The translations under genes were made by a program, and so were the position numbers. The notes beneath the pieces are model-generated. The model saw nothing but the letters and a program-made list of their open reading frames with translations, did no database searches and was not told the origin of the DNA. From Octopus sinensis (lineage: Eukaryota), in the NCBI RefSeq assembly GCF_006345805.1, contig NC_043000.1, positions 141,608,001-141,672,000 on the forward strand: 64,000 bases of DNA, written 5' to 3'. Below are positions 52,092-64,000 of this stretch, piece after piece. The stretch's first letter is position 1, and each line of letters begins with the position of its first letter.

Positions 52092-52627
52092 GTTTTTGTA
52101 TACGCACACGCATTTATGCGTGTATACATATGTGCATCAGATGACTTAAGACCAAGGAAGTAAATTCGCCGCAGGCTAGATTCAAATTGGTCTTCTTGCA
52201 TTTGTACATTCCGATGGAAACTCCTTGTAAGTATAGAGGCGCAATTTAAATATAAATACAGCTTAAAGATAATGATAAAATTCCCTAAAATTACCAAATG
52301 CATAAATTTAACTAATCTCAGAACTTTTAGTACTCGATAATATAATAAATTTTTTACATGCATCTTTACTACAGAATTTTTCTCTTACTTAAAGATCAGT
52401 TATTTAACAGTAAATCTTAGGTATCATGAAATTTCAAGTCATGCCCTGTAGCGTTAGATTATTCATTCTACCATGTGCCGTATTACTTGAAATATTTAAA
52501 GGAGGCTTAACCATCCCATAACGAACGCATAAGCCTTCCTTTCCTCCTTCAATGATAACACGCGAGAAGTTCTAACTGTGTGAAAATCTTCCTATGTTTT
52601 ATGAAATGTGTCACTACTGAGTTTTGA

Positions 52628-53012
52628 TGGAAGCACTCCGTCGGTTACGACGACGAGGGTTCCGGTTGATCCGATCAACGGAACAGCCTGCTCGTGAAAT
52701 TAACGTGTAAGTGGCTGAGCACTCCACAGACACGTGTGCCCTTAACGTAGTTCTCGGGGATATTCAGCGTGACACAGAGAGTGACAAGGCCGGCCCTTTG
52801 AAATACAGGTACAACAGAAACAGGAAGTAAGAGTGAGAGAAAGTTGTGGTGAAAGAGTACAGCAGGGATCACCACCATCCCTGCCGGAGCGTCGTGGAGC
52901 TTTTTAGGTGTTTTCGCTCAATAAACACTCACAACGCCCGGTCTGGGAATCGAAACCGCGATCCTATGACCACGAGTCCGCTGCCCTAACCACTGGGCCA
53001 TTGCGCCTCCAC
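52628..53012 (-). mobile_element. SINE family C, tail type 2
   Basis: Near-identical reverse complement of 19167-19551. Confidence 0.9.
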
Positions 53013-55430
53013 ATTCCTTATCTAAGCTGTTGCTCAGTCTTCTCATTTAAATTTATTTGTCTGCAACATCTTAGTTATGTTTATTTTCCACTCACTGAAA
53101 TATAAAGATTTTTCTTGGAAGTAAATTATTTGCATTGTTGATGACAGTAACAATTAAGAACAAAGTGAAGAAGATTTAAACAGATATATGGAAGAAAACA
53201 GTTCTGCTGTGACTGGACATCAGGACAGTTGTGACAAGAGATGAGAGGGTTTGGTTTGAAATGACCACATGATTCTAGTGTTGTTGATGTCATTGCTCAG
53301 GAGAAAAGAACTCCAAAGTCACGAAAAACGACCGACAAAATTTATTGTTCAGAATCTTTCATTCCAACATTTTTCTGTATACACCAATCTAAAGAGAATT
53401 ATGTAAAAATAGTAAAATCGATGTAAGCAATATTTCCTATGCATCTGTTATGCATGATGTATGAGGTATAACTGTAAAGAAGTGATTAATTATTAGACCA
53501 ATATATCATTGTCCTTAGGCTTGTTAAAATTGCATTAGAAAATTATTTCAGTGAAAATAAATATAATCGGTAAACAATAGATGAGAGTAATTGCATGCTT
53601 ATGAAGATTTGATGATTTAATCGCCGTTGATAATCCTCCGTCTTTCAATGCATCTACTTTTTACGTCAATATCTTAATCAATATTATTGGAATATGTCCA
53701 TTAAAAAAATTTTTGGAAAGCTTCCATTTCATTTCTGATTAAATAATATTATAAAAGTAAGAAACAGGTATCGATTCGACTTGTGAAATTAGTGAACCAA
53801 AATATAAATATTTAGCGAAATATGAATAAATGCTACAAATTAGTCGACTGAGTCAAGTAAAAGCAATGGATTCAACAAAATTTTTCCTGCATTTATTAGC
53901 ATATAACCCATAAAAAATATACTAGTGTGCACATTACATTCAGTTATTTTTCCCTTAGCGATTTTACTATTTATTCATTGAGGCGAACACATCTAATCCG
54001 CACGTGATTAAACTCCATTGAAACGTTAATTTTTTTTCTGTCTTGTGACCAACGTGGTTCACGGCTCTACGCGTGGCTATTTAACTCGAGCAGATTCTTC
54101 ATAAAAGATACCGCATAAAAGCCAATGAAAATACATCGTCATCGTTAACAGAATCTAAAATTGCCGGATCCCCAAGAGACATATGTCACTCAAGGTATCT
54201 GAATTAAAGTAAAACAGTTATTAAGTAAAAAGCAAGCAAAACCGAAATTACATCTCTACTTGGCTTTAATATTTCACAAATAAGTAATGTAGTTGTATTA
54301 TCTTATAGAGATATTCCCTTGCATTGTCCCCCCTCCCTAATTTCAGTGTCACCCTGATACTTAAGCTGAAGTAATATAATCAAATAATTACATGATTTTT
54401 TTCTCCTGCAACTTTTAGAAGAACAGTTGCCGAACCAAAAGAAAGCAAAAAACATTACCAACAAACCAAACTACTCAAACGAACAACGAAAGTCAATTTA
54501 TGGAAAACAAAATTCTCCAGTGGTTAAGGTTATTAATGTGTAAAGATAGAAGTATTATTTCGATTTGTTTTCAATGTAATGTATGTGTTTATTTTTTTCT
54601 TACTTCTGGAAACATTCAAGTGTTGAAATTTTCAATGCTTAAAAAGGCGTATATAGTGTATTTAAGCCATGTTTACTGATAGAAGGAAGCCAAATCTATC
54701 GAGTTAGCATTTGAAGTAGAACGTAAAATAAATTGACTTTGGTATAATTTGTCAATTTTAAAGCCGGAGTACCGGAAACAGTCTGAATAAAGGCTTTTGA
54801 TAAGCGAAGGCAAAGAAAAGAAGTTCAAGGAAATTTGTCTTTTGATCAAAAGGAATGTCTATCCTCAGTATTAGAAAGATTAGCGAATTAGTAGAGAATA
54901 AAAGATCTTTAAGCTAGAATGATAATTCATTTAGTATCAAAGTTGAAAACATTGATATTTCGATGGCATTTCAGATGTAAGGAGTGAATGGTTTCTTGAG
55001 AGCTTCATACAACATAATGGTAAAATGAAATTACAAGTACATAATGGTTTGCAATATGAAATTTCTAAAAGCGCACATCTAAACACACACATTCACATAA
55101 ATTTTCTTGTGCATACACACACACACACACAAACAACCACCCACAAACACGCACATAAGTACTAGTATCTGTATGTGATATCTGGTTTTCAACAATAGAG
55201 AACTCAATACAAAATATGTGTGTGTATAAATATATATATATATATATATTCGTGTATACATACGCATATGCATAAATATATATGCATACACACACACACA
55301 CGCATATATATATATATATGTATGTATGCATATATGCATATATATTTATGCAAATGCGTATGTATACACGAATATATCTTTACACATTTATGTGTATTTA
55401 GATACATATTCAAATATATACATACCTATA

Positions 55431-55834
55431 GGCGCAGGAGTGGCTGTGTGGTAAGTAGCTTGCTAACCAGCCACATGGTTCCGGGTTCAGTCCCACTGCG
55501 TGGCATCTTGGGCAAGTGTCTTCTGCTATAGCCCCGGGCCGACCAATGCCTTGTGAGTGGATTTGGTAGACGGAAACAGAAAGAAGCCCGTCGTATATAT
55601 ATATATATATATTTATATGTGTGTGTGTTTGTCCCCCTAGCATTGCTTGACGACCGATGCTGGTGTGTTTACGTCCACGTAACTTAGCGGTTCGGCAAAA
55701 GAGACCGATAGAATAAGTACTGGGCTTACAATGAATAAGTCCCGGGGTCGATTTGCTCGACTAAAGGCGGTGCTCCAGCATGGCCGCAGCAAATGACTGA
55801 AACAAGTAAGAGAGAGTAAGAGAGAGTAAAGAGT
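55431..55834 (+). mobile_element. SINE family A, complete reference copy
   Basis: A-box TGGCTGTGTGG, B-box GGTTCAGTCCC, internal (TA)n(TG)n, tail (GAGAGTAA)n. Confidence 0.9.
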
Positions 55835-55963
55835 ATATATATACATGTGTGTATATCTATCTCAACATCTATCTGTCGATGTATACGCATACAGACAGAC
55901 ACTCAAATTGAGTGTAGATATTAATATCACAATTACTCCTCCTCCCCAACTATTACTACTACT

Positions 55964-55995
<32 letters not shown>

Positions 55996-55999
<4 letters not shown>

Positions 56000-56098
56000 C
56001 CTTTCTACTATTGGCAGAAAGCCTGAACTTTGAGGGAGGAGGGGACCGTCGATTATATTTACCTCAGTGCGTGACAGGTATTTATTTCAACGACCCCT
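55996..56098 (-). mobile_element. SINE family B 3' fragment with (ATT)n tail
   Basis: GGGGTCG..AAATAAATACC..GCACTGAGG..CAGGCTTTCTGCCAATAGTAGAAAGGGTTATTATT. Confidence 0.65.
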
Positions 56099-56382
56099 CT
56101 CTTCATAATAGAAACCGGAGAAGATCATATTCGTTTTATTTTCTACATACCTCCAGAATACAAACCGTAACTTAGATTTCACTCTAATATTTTTCCTTTC
56201 TTTCACATATTCCACATCAGGATTTATGAGATCAGCTGTCGTTTTCTTATCTCACTCCAGCATATTTGTATAACTTTTCATTTGGAAATAACCATTTTCC
56301 CTAGACATAGGAAGAAACAAATTCGGTGGGGGCACTCTTCTGTATGCTATGTGTATGCTATATGTGTAATATAACGACACAC

Positions 56383-56479
56383 ATCTTGGGCAAGTGTCTT
56401 CTGCTATAGCCCCGGGTCGACCAATGCCTTGTGAGTGGATTTGGTGGACGGAAACTGAAAGAAGCCTGTCGTATATATG

Positions 56480-56510
<31 letters not shown>

Positions 56511-56737
56511 GTGCATATGTTTGTGTGTCTGTGTTTGTTCCCCTAGCATTGCTTGACAACCGATGCTGGTGTGTTTACGTCCCCATCACTTAGCGGTTCG
56601 ACAAAAGAGATCGATAGAATAAGTACTTGGCTTACAAAAAATAAGTCATGGGGTCGATTTGCTCGACTATAGGCGGTGCACCAGCATGACCGCAGTCAAA
56701 TGAGTGAAACAAGTAAAAGAGTAAAGAGTAAAGAGTA
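56383..56737 (+). mobile_element. SINE family A, 5'-truncated
   Basis: Starts at CATCTTGGGCAAG; tail (AAAGAGT)n. Confidence 0.85.
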
Positions 56738-56755
56738 CATAATAACATGTGTGTC

Positions 56756-56798
<43 letters not shown>

Positions 56799-58647
56799 AA
56801 TAATACCTGTAATAACTGTAAAGAGAGAGGAAATGATAAGAATGAAGCTGGGGAACGAAATCAACTGAAAGAATACTACTGTTATACTTTGAGTGTTTTC
56901 TGAGGTCAGAGCGATAACAACTTGAAATCTGAACTCGCAGGTGATATCCTTGCACAAAGTACATTCATCTCTGTTAAACCTCCATGTGTCCAGATTATCG
57001 TTTTATATCTATAAGGTGGTATTGCTTTCATAGACTGCGTTTGGAAAACTGATTTTAAAGAATTTTTAAAGTTAGATTTTGAGCGAAAACCCTCTTATTT
57101 CTATGTAGGGAGTTTCTTCTTGTGCATGTTTTATTATAGGATAGATTATTACTAAATCCCTGAAGACAGCTTGAACCACACCTCCTTTTCTCTGAGTGGT
57201 AGGTGAAGTGAAAAGACAGTTGTTTTGTTTGTCAGATCAGCTACTGAATTCTACCTTCCTTCCAGATATCATTATCTTTATAGGTAGGTACACAAGCATG
57301 CGCGCTTACACTAGCACACACACACACACAGACAGACACGCATATATTCGGTGATCTATCAATTATGTACTAATATAAAAATATTTTAATAATTTAAATG
57401 ATTGGTTACATGTTTCAAAAGAAACTGAAATAATAGCATGTAAGAGAATATATAGTAAAATAATTCGTCTATGAAAAATCTTGAGAGTGTATTGATATTT
57501 ATGAATTGAGTTTTCTTCTGTCTGTAGGTTTCTATTCAAAGGATGCATGTAAAAATAAATGTGTCTGAAACGCAGTAATGGAAGACAAAATGTGAAAAAT
57601 TAAGTGCTGTTGAACTATGAATGAGAAGGAAAAATAAAAAAGAAGAAAGAAAAAAACCCAAAAAGAATGAAGGAAATGAAATGAGAGGAAAATAGAACAT
57701 TTTATCTTAAAGGTGAAAAAACAAATGTTTGGAAATGTAAATGTTGAAAACTCAGAAACCTATGGTTAGAAATTCTGGATTTAAGAAAAAGAACATGAAT
57801 ATACAAAAATGTAATAATGATATTAGGAAAGTTAGCATTTAATATATTAACCTTTGAAGCTTTCTAGCAAGTACATTTTGACTGATATATTTTTTTAAAA
57901 CATTCCCATAAAATTGTACATGTTAAAATTTCTGTTTTCTTAAGGTTACCGGCAAATGTTGCATTTAATGTTAGATAATGTAATATAATTAAGTAAATAA
58001 ATATATAAAACAACATCGTTAATAGTAATAAATGCGGAAATTAGGGAAACGGAATATTTGAGGATGCGTAATTTTTATGAAAATGAATTAGGTTATTAAA
58101 GGAAGATAAGAGAAAGATTAAAAATATAAATGTACATGTGTTTTTCAGAAGCGTCTATGTGGGAGGGGGGAACAGAGTAGGAGGAGAAGGTACTCTAAGC
58201 AGTGTGTGAAAAATTAAAATTGAAATTGAAAATTTAACCATGAAATGATTAATGGTTGTGGTATGAAAAAGGGTGAGATAAATACCGTGTACGTTTAAAT
58301 GAGTGGGCTGGTTATACGTGCTACAAATGGGTACTAAATATTATGTAGGAAAATTTAAAACTATTATTACGAAGACTGAATAGTAATAAGATATTAAATG
58401 AAAAGAAGGGGAAAGTGTTATAAAATTAAATGTAAACAAGAATAAAATTTTCAAGATTAAACGGAAATAAGTAAAATGAATAAAATACACTTAAATAAGA
58501 TTATATTAGATGAAATAACATATGCAACGTTCTGAGTAAAGGTGTGGGAATGGAAAGGTGAAAGCATGGATAGTGATTCAGAAGGGATAAGTAATTAACG
58601 AATACAGCTAAAAATTTAATGGTGAGGTATAAACTAAAAATAAATTA

Positions 58648-59494
58648 CGAGATGGCATCACAAGGTTCCCAGATTACTTATGTCTAATAAAACATAATTC
58701 ACCTAATTTTCGACATCCTCTCCTTCGAAATAGTCACCTTGCGCAGCAATACACCGGTTAAATTGTTCCTGCCACTTTTTTAATCCGGCTTGGAAGTCGT
58801 TTTCCCTTATCGAGCAGAGGATCTTCTGCGTTTCGTTCTGGATCTCGACGACTGCGTTAAAACGGCGACCTTTGAGCTGATTTTCATCTCGGAAATAGAT
58901 GGAGGTCTACAGGTGCTAGATCTGGCAAATAGGGCGGGTGCAGAGGCGATATCATATCATTTGTAGCAAGAAACACATTAGTGCAGAGAGCTCCGTGAAG
59001 AATCCAATTCATATCGCTCTATAGATCCGATCGCAAAACTCCCGATTAACAGTCTGGTCCTGAGGGGCGAATTCTCGACATACAATACCACATTTTCTTG
59101 GGTGACATTCGTGGCAGGTCTTCCAGATCGCTCATCGTCTTCTAAGGACGTTCTTCCGCATTTGAAGTACCCGTGCCACTCGAAACATTTCGTACGACCC
59201 TTTGCTTCATCGCCGTAACCTTGCCGAAGCTTTCTTAATGTCTCTGTAGCAGACTGCGCAAATGTAACACAACATTCCACATTGTCTCTTGGTCCCAACT
59301 GCCTGCACATAATAAAAATTGCAGACTATAGCATACACGCGATAACAGAAACTCAAATTTCAAAACTTGCAAATTAAATACAGCAAAGTCACTCGGCACA
59401 CTGCCTTATGAAAATCACTGCTAGCTCTCACTGCACACGGAACCGTATGCTGCCATCTATTAAAATAGTCCGGAAACATTTTGATACTACCTCG
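58648..59494 (-). mobile_element. Mariner transposon, internally deleted, both TIRs present
   Basis: TIRs CGAGATGGCATCACAAGGTTCCCAGATTA / TAGTCCGGAAACATTTTGATACTACCTCG with TA flanks; HTH (SATETLRKL..CFEW..FKCGRTSLEDDERSGRP) and HPPYLPDLAPVDLHLFP..GDYFE-like C-terminus. Confidence 0.88.
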
Positions 59495-59581
59495 TAGCCG
59501 AGTAAAAAAGTATTATGTATAATATAAGGACTTAATTATTTACATTTGACGGATATTTGTCCTCATCTTGTTTGTTCTTAA

Positions 59582-59622
59582 TACAACTTTCGGCTGGTAT
59601 ACCCACCAGCTTTCATCAGGTA
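59582..59622 (-). ncRNA. Minimal hammerhead, canonical core, partly decayed
   Basis: TAC-CTGATGA-A-AGCTGG(TGGGTATA)CCAGCC-GAAA-GTT-GTA; lacks the C of GAAAC. Confidence 0.65.
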
Positions 59623-59780
59623 ACCTGGGTAAATTTCGAACCTGGGTTCTCATTCCTAAGGTATTTTTCGATGTAATTATCATCATCATCATCATCATCA
59701 TCTTCATCATCATCATTATTATTATTTTTCTGCCTGAAATCGAACTCGGTATGTCGGGGTTAGAAGAAATTTCCCCAAGT

Positions 59781-59822
59781 CACCTGATGAAGACTGGAGA
59801 GTATATCAGACGAAACGTTGTG
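59781..59822 (+). ncRNA. Minimal type I hammerhead ribozyme, canonical core
   Basis: CAC-CTGATGA-A-GACTG(GAGAGTATAT)CAGAC-GAAAC-GTT-GTG; one stem II mismatch. Confidence 0.8.
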
Positions 59823-61384
59823 TTAACAACAAACAAGATGAGGACAGATATCAAACAAATATAAATAGTGTAAATAATTTACATAATGCCTCATCACTTA
59901 AATAGAGAACTGTATTATAAGAAAATAATGTTGTTAAAAGGCGTAGTAATATCAAATGCTTGAGATTGAATAGCAAAGGACACTGGGAGTTACCAGTGTC
60001 ATCTAAAAAAATTGTGCGTAAAATCTTAATAGAAGTACGCTCTAAGCATAAATAAAAGCGTCATGTTGTAGAGAGAGATAACGGATAACACAGAGCATCA
60101 TTGAAATGCTATAAGAAGCTGAAAAATATAGGTTAGTCTTAGAGTAAGATATGCATTCTTAAAAATAAAAATAATATAAATAATTTACTAAGAAATGAAT
60201 TAAAAACGTAAGTAGATTGTGGAAGTGAGAAAACTAAGAATATAATGCTAGGTATTAAAAGAAATGAGATAAGCAGCGAAAGTAAATCAACAGGTAACAT
60301 TATCAAAATGTAGAATCAGGATAAAGCAAGTGGTAATAGGATCAACATGAAGAATATACACTGAAAGGATTTTAAAGGCATACTGTTAAGTTCACTGGTA
60401 CATACTTTAAAAGATGCGCCGTTTAAATTACTCAACATTCGGAGCAAGACATTTGGTTCTTTTAAATAATTCAGTACCACATGATACTAGATAGTGTAAG
60501 GAAGTAGGTCAATTATTTACTATATATGAAGATCTTAAGCGATATATTTATTTGTTTTTTTTTTAGTATATTATATTTGCAAGCAAAAAACGAAAGAACT
60601 TTCCTTGAGACATGTTAATTAGTTAATTATTTTCCTTTTTTGGTTTGTCCATTTTAAAGTTTGTTTTTTGCTTTATTTTTGTGGATATTATATAATGGTT
60701 ATTTTTTCGTTGGGATAGGTGGGATAAGAATGATGATGTTTTTGTGTATTTATAATTCCAGCTCGACAGAGTTTTGCATACATTAGTAAAGGTGAAAGTA
60801 AAGCTGTACTTAGTGGGTTAAAACGACGCATTGGATGTCCGTAGCTGACGAGGGGTAACGATGGAGAAACAACTATTCTGTTAGCGGTTAGCATCTGTCT
60901 CAGTCTGATTGTGTTTTTCACGTGCATTTGCTTTTCAGATAATTTTACTTAAAAGATAGTTTCTGCAGCGAAGAATTTTTCCATGTTTCAGTGCATAAAC
61001 ATGTTACGTATAAAAATTAAACACCTATATTTTCATCTTGCGTGCTTCTAATTGATGTGTAAATATTACAAATAAAATGTACAAAACGTATACTTTATTT
61101 TTTTTGTTAATATGCTCCAACTAGATTTTGTACTTGATATTTCATATCCTTTCTTAGTGTGTTTAAATATATGGATGTTGTTAGTATAGCGAAATTCGAA
61201 TGGTATGAAAGTTAAACATATGTGCATTGTGTTATTGGGAGTAATATTACATTCGCGATCAAGACTTTGAGAGTTTCAATTATAAATTCTTGAATTTATA
61301 TAATTTCAATTAGAATATATTACTGCTATAGATACTAATATTTGTAGACCTGAACTTTTAAAGTTCTGATACTGCTAGTTTACA

Positions 61385-61644
61385 TGCACAACAAAAAACT
61401 CTGGTTAATCGTAGATATTGTATGCCCTGGAGAACGAAGGAGAGATAAAGTGATATACGATAATTTAAAGAGAGTTATAAGTATCCTTGAGGTGAATATC
61501 ATACATTTTACTGTGGGAGACATGATTACAATAAACAAAAATTGGATTATTAAAAAGATGAAAATAAATATGACAATAGAGATGCTACAGACAAGTATCC
61601 TGCTTAGAATTGCACAAATATTTCGCAGAGTTCTTCAAAGCTGA
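61385..61644 (+). mobile_element. Degraded R4/Dong RLE C-terminus
   Basis: LIVDIVCPGERR..MLQTSILLRIAQIFRRVLQS* resembles IDIACPGD..LQKxxLLGTARILRKVL. Confidence 0.6.
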
Positions 61645-61653
61645 ATGAAGAAT

Positions 61654-62530
61654 AGTTAGTTAGTTAGTTAGTTAGTTAATTTGGCTCAAAAGCAAATAGC
61701 AAGGCCATGTAGGGGGACATGGAGTTAAGTACAGGGTGGTGTTCATGTAAAGAGTTCAGGCCACTTGAGGTCCAGGGAGGCTTTGAACAAAGCGGTCGTC
61801 GGCATCTTCACCATCTCGTCTGGCAGCTTGTTCCACGGATCCGCAACCCGGACGGAGAAAGCTCCTCTCCTTCGATTGAGATGAAATCGTCGCAGGTAGA
61901 GCTTTTCGGAATGACCCCGCAGCCGACGCTCTGGAGCAGGAGTGAAGAACAGCTCTTTCGAGAGGTTACACTTTCCGCTTATGATGTTGCGGGCGAGAAT
62001 GAGATCACTACGGCGGCGGCGTTTTTCAAGAGAATAAGGTCGAGCGTCCTCAGCCTTTCTTCGTAGGACAAATTTTTGAGACCATGAACCATGCGGGTAG
62101 CCAGCTTCTGGACTCTTTCGAGATGCTGTATGTCTTTGAGGAGATAAGGAGAAGAGGCTTGAATCCCATACTCCAATATGGGTTTCACCAGCGTGACATA
62201 GAGTGGTAGGAATATGGCTGCTGTGAGCATTCCGAATGACCGTCGAATCAAGAACAGAATTCCGCGTGCTTTGTTGGCAGCATGGACGCACTGGGCCGAA
62301 GGCGAAAAGGAGGAATCCACCAAGATACCCAGGTCCTTTACCTGATCGGTCCTCTCCAGCTGCAGACGACCCGGCTCGAAATCAAGTAGAGTTGCAGGAG
62401 TAGAGCCGACAGGCAGATGACAGCACTTTGACACGTTCAGACACATGTCCCAATCGTTAGACCACTTCCAAATTTGGTGGAGGCATCGACGAAGATCCTC
62501 TATATTACGTTGGTTCACTGGCTGTTGTCT
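61654..62530 (-). mobile_element. CR1-clade LINE 3' end with (TAAC)n tail
   Basis: WSNDWDMCLNVSKC..KDLGILVD..LYVTLVKPILEYG..LERVQKLATR..SYEERL; one frameshift; SLEKRRRRSDLI..LRGHSEKL..FSVRV..WNKLP; tail (TAAC)n. Confidence 0.9.
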
Positions 62531-62715
62531 GCTAATTTTTGTTTTTTTTTAAATTCACAGTGAAGTTACATTAAATAAAATGAAAATAACAAAAAAATAT
62601 TAAGAAGGACAAGAAAAACAGCAGCACAAAAATTAGAAAGAGGGGAAGAAATTCCGAGAACTGTAAAAAAAAAAACCCTGTCTGTCTGTCTGTCTCTCTC
62701 CGAAATAGAGAGAGA

Positions 62716-62718
62716 AAG

Positions 62719-62810
<92 letters not shown>

Positions 62811-62849
62811 GGATAGATAGATTAGATAGATTAGATAGATTAGATAGAT

Positions 62850-62920
<71 letters not shown>
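62716..62920. repeat. (TAGA)n tetranucleotide microsatellite
   Basis: Directly visible. Confidence 0.95.
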
Positions 62921-63816
62921 TTCTACACACAAACACCTACTTTCCTGGCACTATTCTATTCACAGAAATAAAAAGACAAATGCTCTGCGCATGCACATAT
63001 ATCTCTCTACAGTCAGACTTATGCACAAAAAATACAATGCCAAACTTGCTAGCTAAGAACAAACAAAACACATTCACGAAGACACAGGCGTCTATATGTA
63101 CATATATATATATACATACATATATATATATATATACATGCGTATATAAGTGCGTGTGCTTCTATGTATATACATATATGTGTGTGTGCGTGTGTATAGT
63201 GAGAGAGAAAAGGAGGAAGATAGATACATAGATATGTACACATATGAACTACAAAGCAGTTAGTACAACGAAGACTGAGACACATAAAACAATTTTATTC
63301 CACGAAACAGTCCATATTCACTTTTGTCCTACCTTCACCAATGTCTCCAAATGAGTTACTTGTGAATTATCTGAGCAAATGCCAATACACAACTACCAAT
63401 CTGCTGAATAAATATGATACGATTATTGTTCTTACACTATGATTTGGGTTTCGTCTTCTTCTTGTTGTTCAGTTCGTTGTTGCCATTGTTGTTTCGGTTC
63501 ATACTCTTGGTGTAATTGTTTTTCTTCTGTACTATTTTTTATTTTCTTTTGGCTTTTCTATTTACAAACTTTTCATTTATCAGAGAAAGAATAAATATGA
63601 ATGTACACTAAATACGAAAGGAAAAAAAAATTTGACCTATATACTCGTCCATGATTAGAAGACACGATGCCAAATAAAAGCTGTAAATGGCCTGTTTTAC
63701 TTTATATATTTATTTTATATGTATTCACATATATGTATATGTGTCGACACACAAGCGCACACTCATATATGTACACGTATTTATGCACAACGCATATATG
63801 ACTATATGCAACAATC

Positions 63817-63852
<36 letters not shown>

Positions 63853-64000
63853 TGTATGCAAGTGCGTGCATGAGTATCTCGCGCTTTCTATATATATATA
63901 TATATATATATATATGCATGTGTGTATGTATGTAGGCATGTATGCATATATGCATGTATGTATGTATGCATACATATTGATATTTGTTCATGCAAACACG

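Larger units (their letters stand above)
59539..59914. mobile_element. Small palindromic element: two inverted ~100 bp PLE-type termini, each with a hammerhead, around an (ATC)n(ATT)n spacer
   Basis: 59539-59638 is the reverse complement of 59766-59865 (17 differences in 100 columns by hand alignment). Confidence 0.8.

Noticed and set aside
54090-60830. Isolated candidate exons (~54095-54195, 57237-57284, 60755-60825)
   Set aside because: AG/GT-bounded short open frames are expected by chance; no recognisable protein motif or consistent gene structure.
430-63991. Most short ORFs in the track (poly-YI, CV, HT, LS, poly-M/H/I/E)
   Set aside because: They are translations of (TA)n, (TG)n, (GA)n, (GAT)n, (GAA)n and (TAA)n microsatellites, or antisense and alternative frames of transposon ORFs.
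1-64000. CRISPR arrays, rRNA, prokaryotic operons
   Set aside because: No regularly spaced repeat-spacer arrays or rRNA-like sequence; composition and repeats are eukaryotic.

Overview
AT-rich, microsatellite-dense metazoan DNA that I infer is intronic or intergenic and from an octopus or other coleoid cephalopod (inferred from the style of the SINE and LINE repeats; not database-checked). I cannot support any host gene. All recognisable coding sequence belongs to transposons: a near full-length Penelope-like element (PLE; RT plus C-terminal GIY-YIG, Neptune-like) with two shorter copies; about nine R4/Dong-clade fragments (RT, CCHC knuckle, restriction-like endonuclease), four of them stacked head-to-tail between (TAA)n tracts; CR1-like, RTE-like and L1/Tx1-like 3' ends; three Tc1/mariner relics; a MITE; and a Helitron-like element. 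At least four tRNA-derived SINE families are present with modular, swapped tails. The most interesting signal is a set of minimal hammerhead ribozymes (HHR) from several PLE-type families, with canonical and non-canonical cores. They include a non-coding 1.2-mer tandem that starts 10 nt after its predicted cleavage site (retrozyme-like, 51216-51821) and a small element with two outward-facing hammerheads plus Pol III B-box-like motifs (59539-59914). Different retroelement classes associate with different microsatellites: PLE with (TA)n, Dong with (TAA)n, one Tx1-like copy with (GATA)n. Identities quoted are by-eye estimates; no alignments or searches were run.
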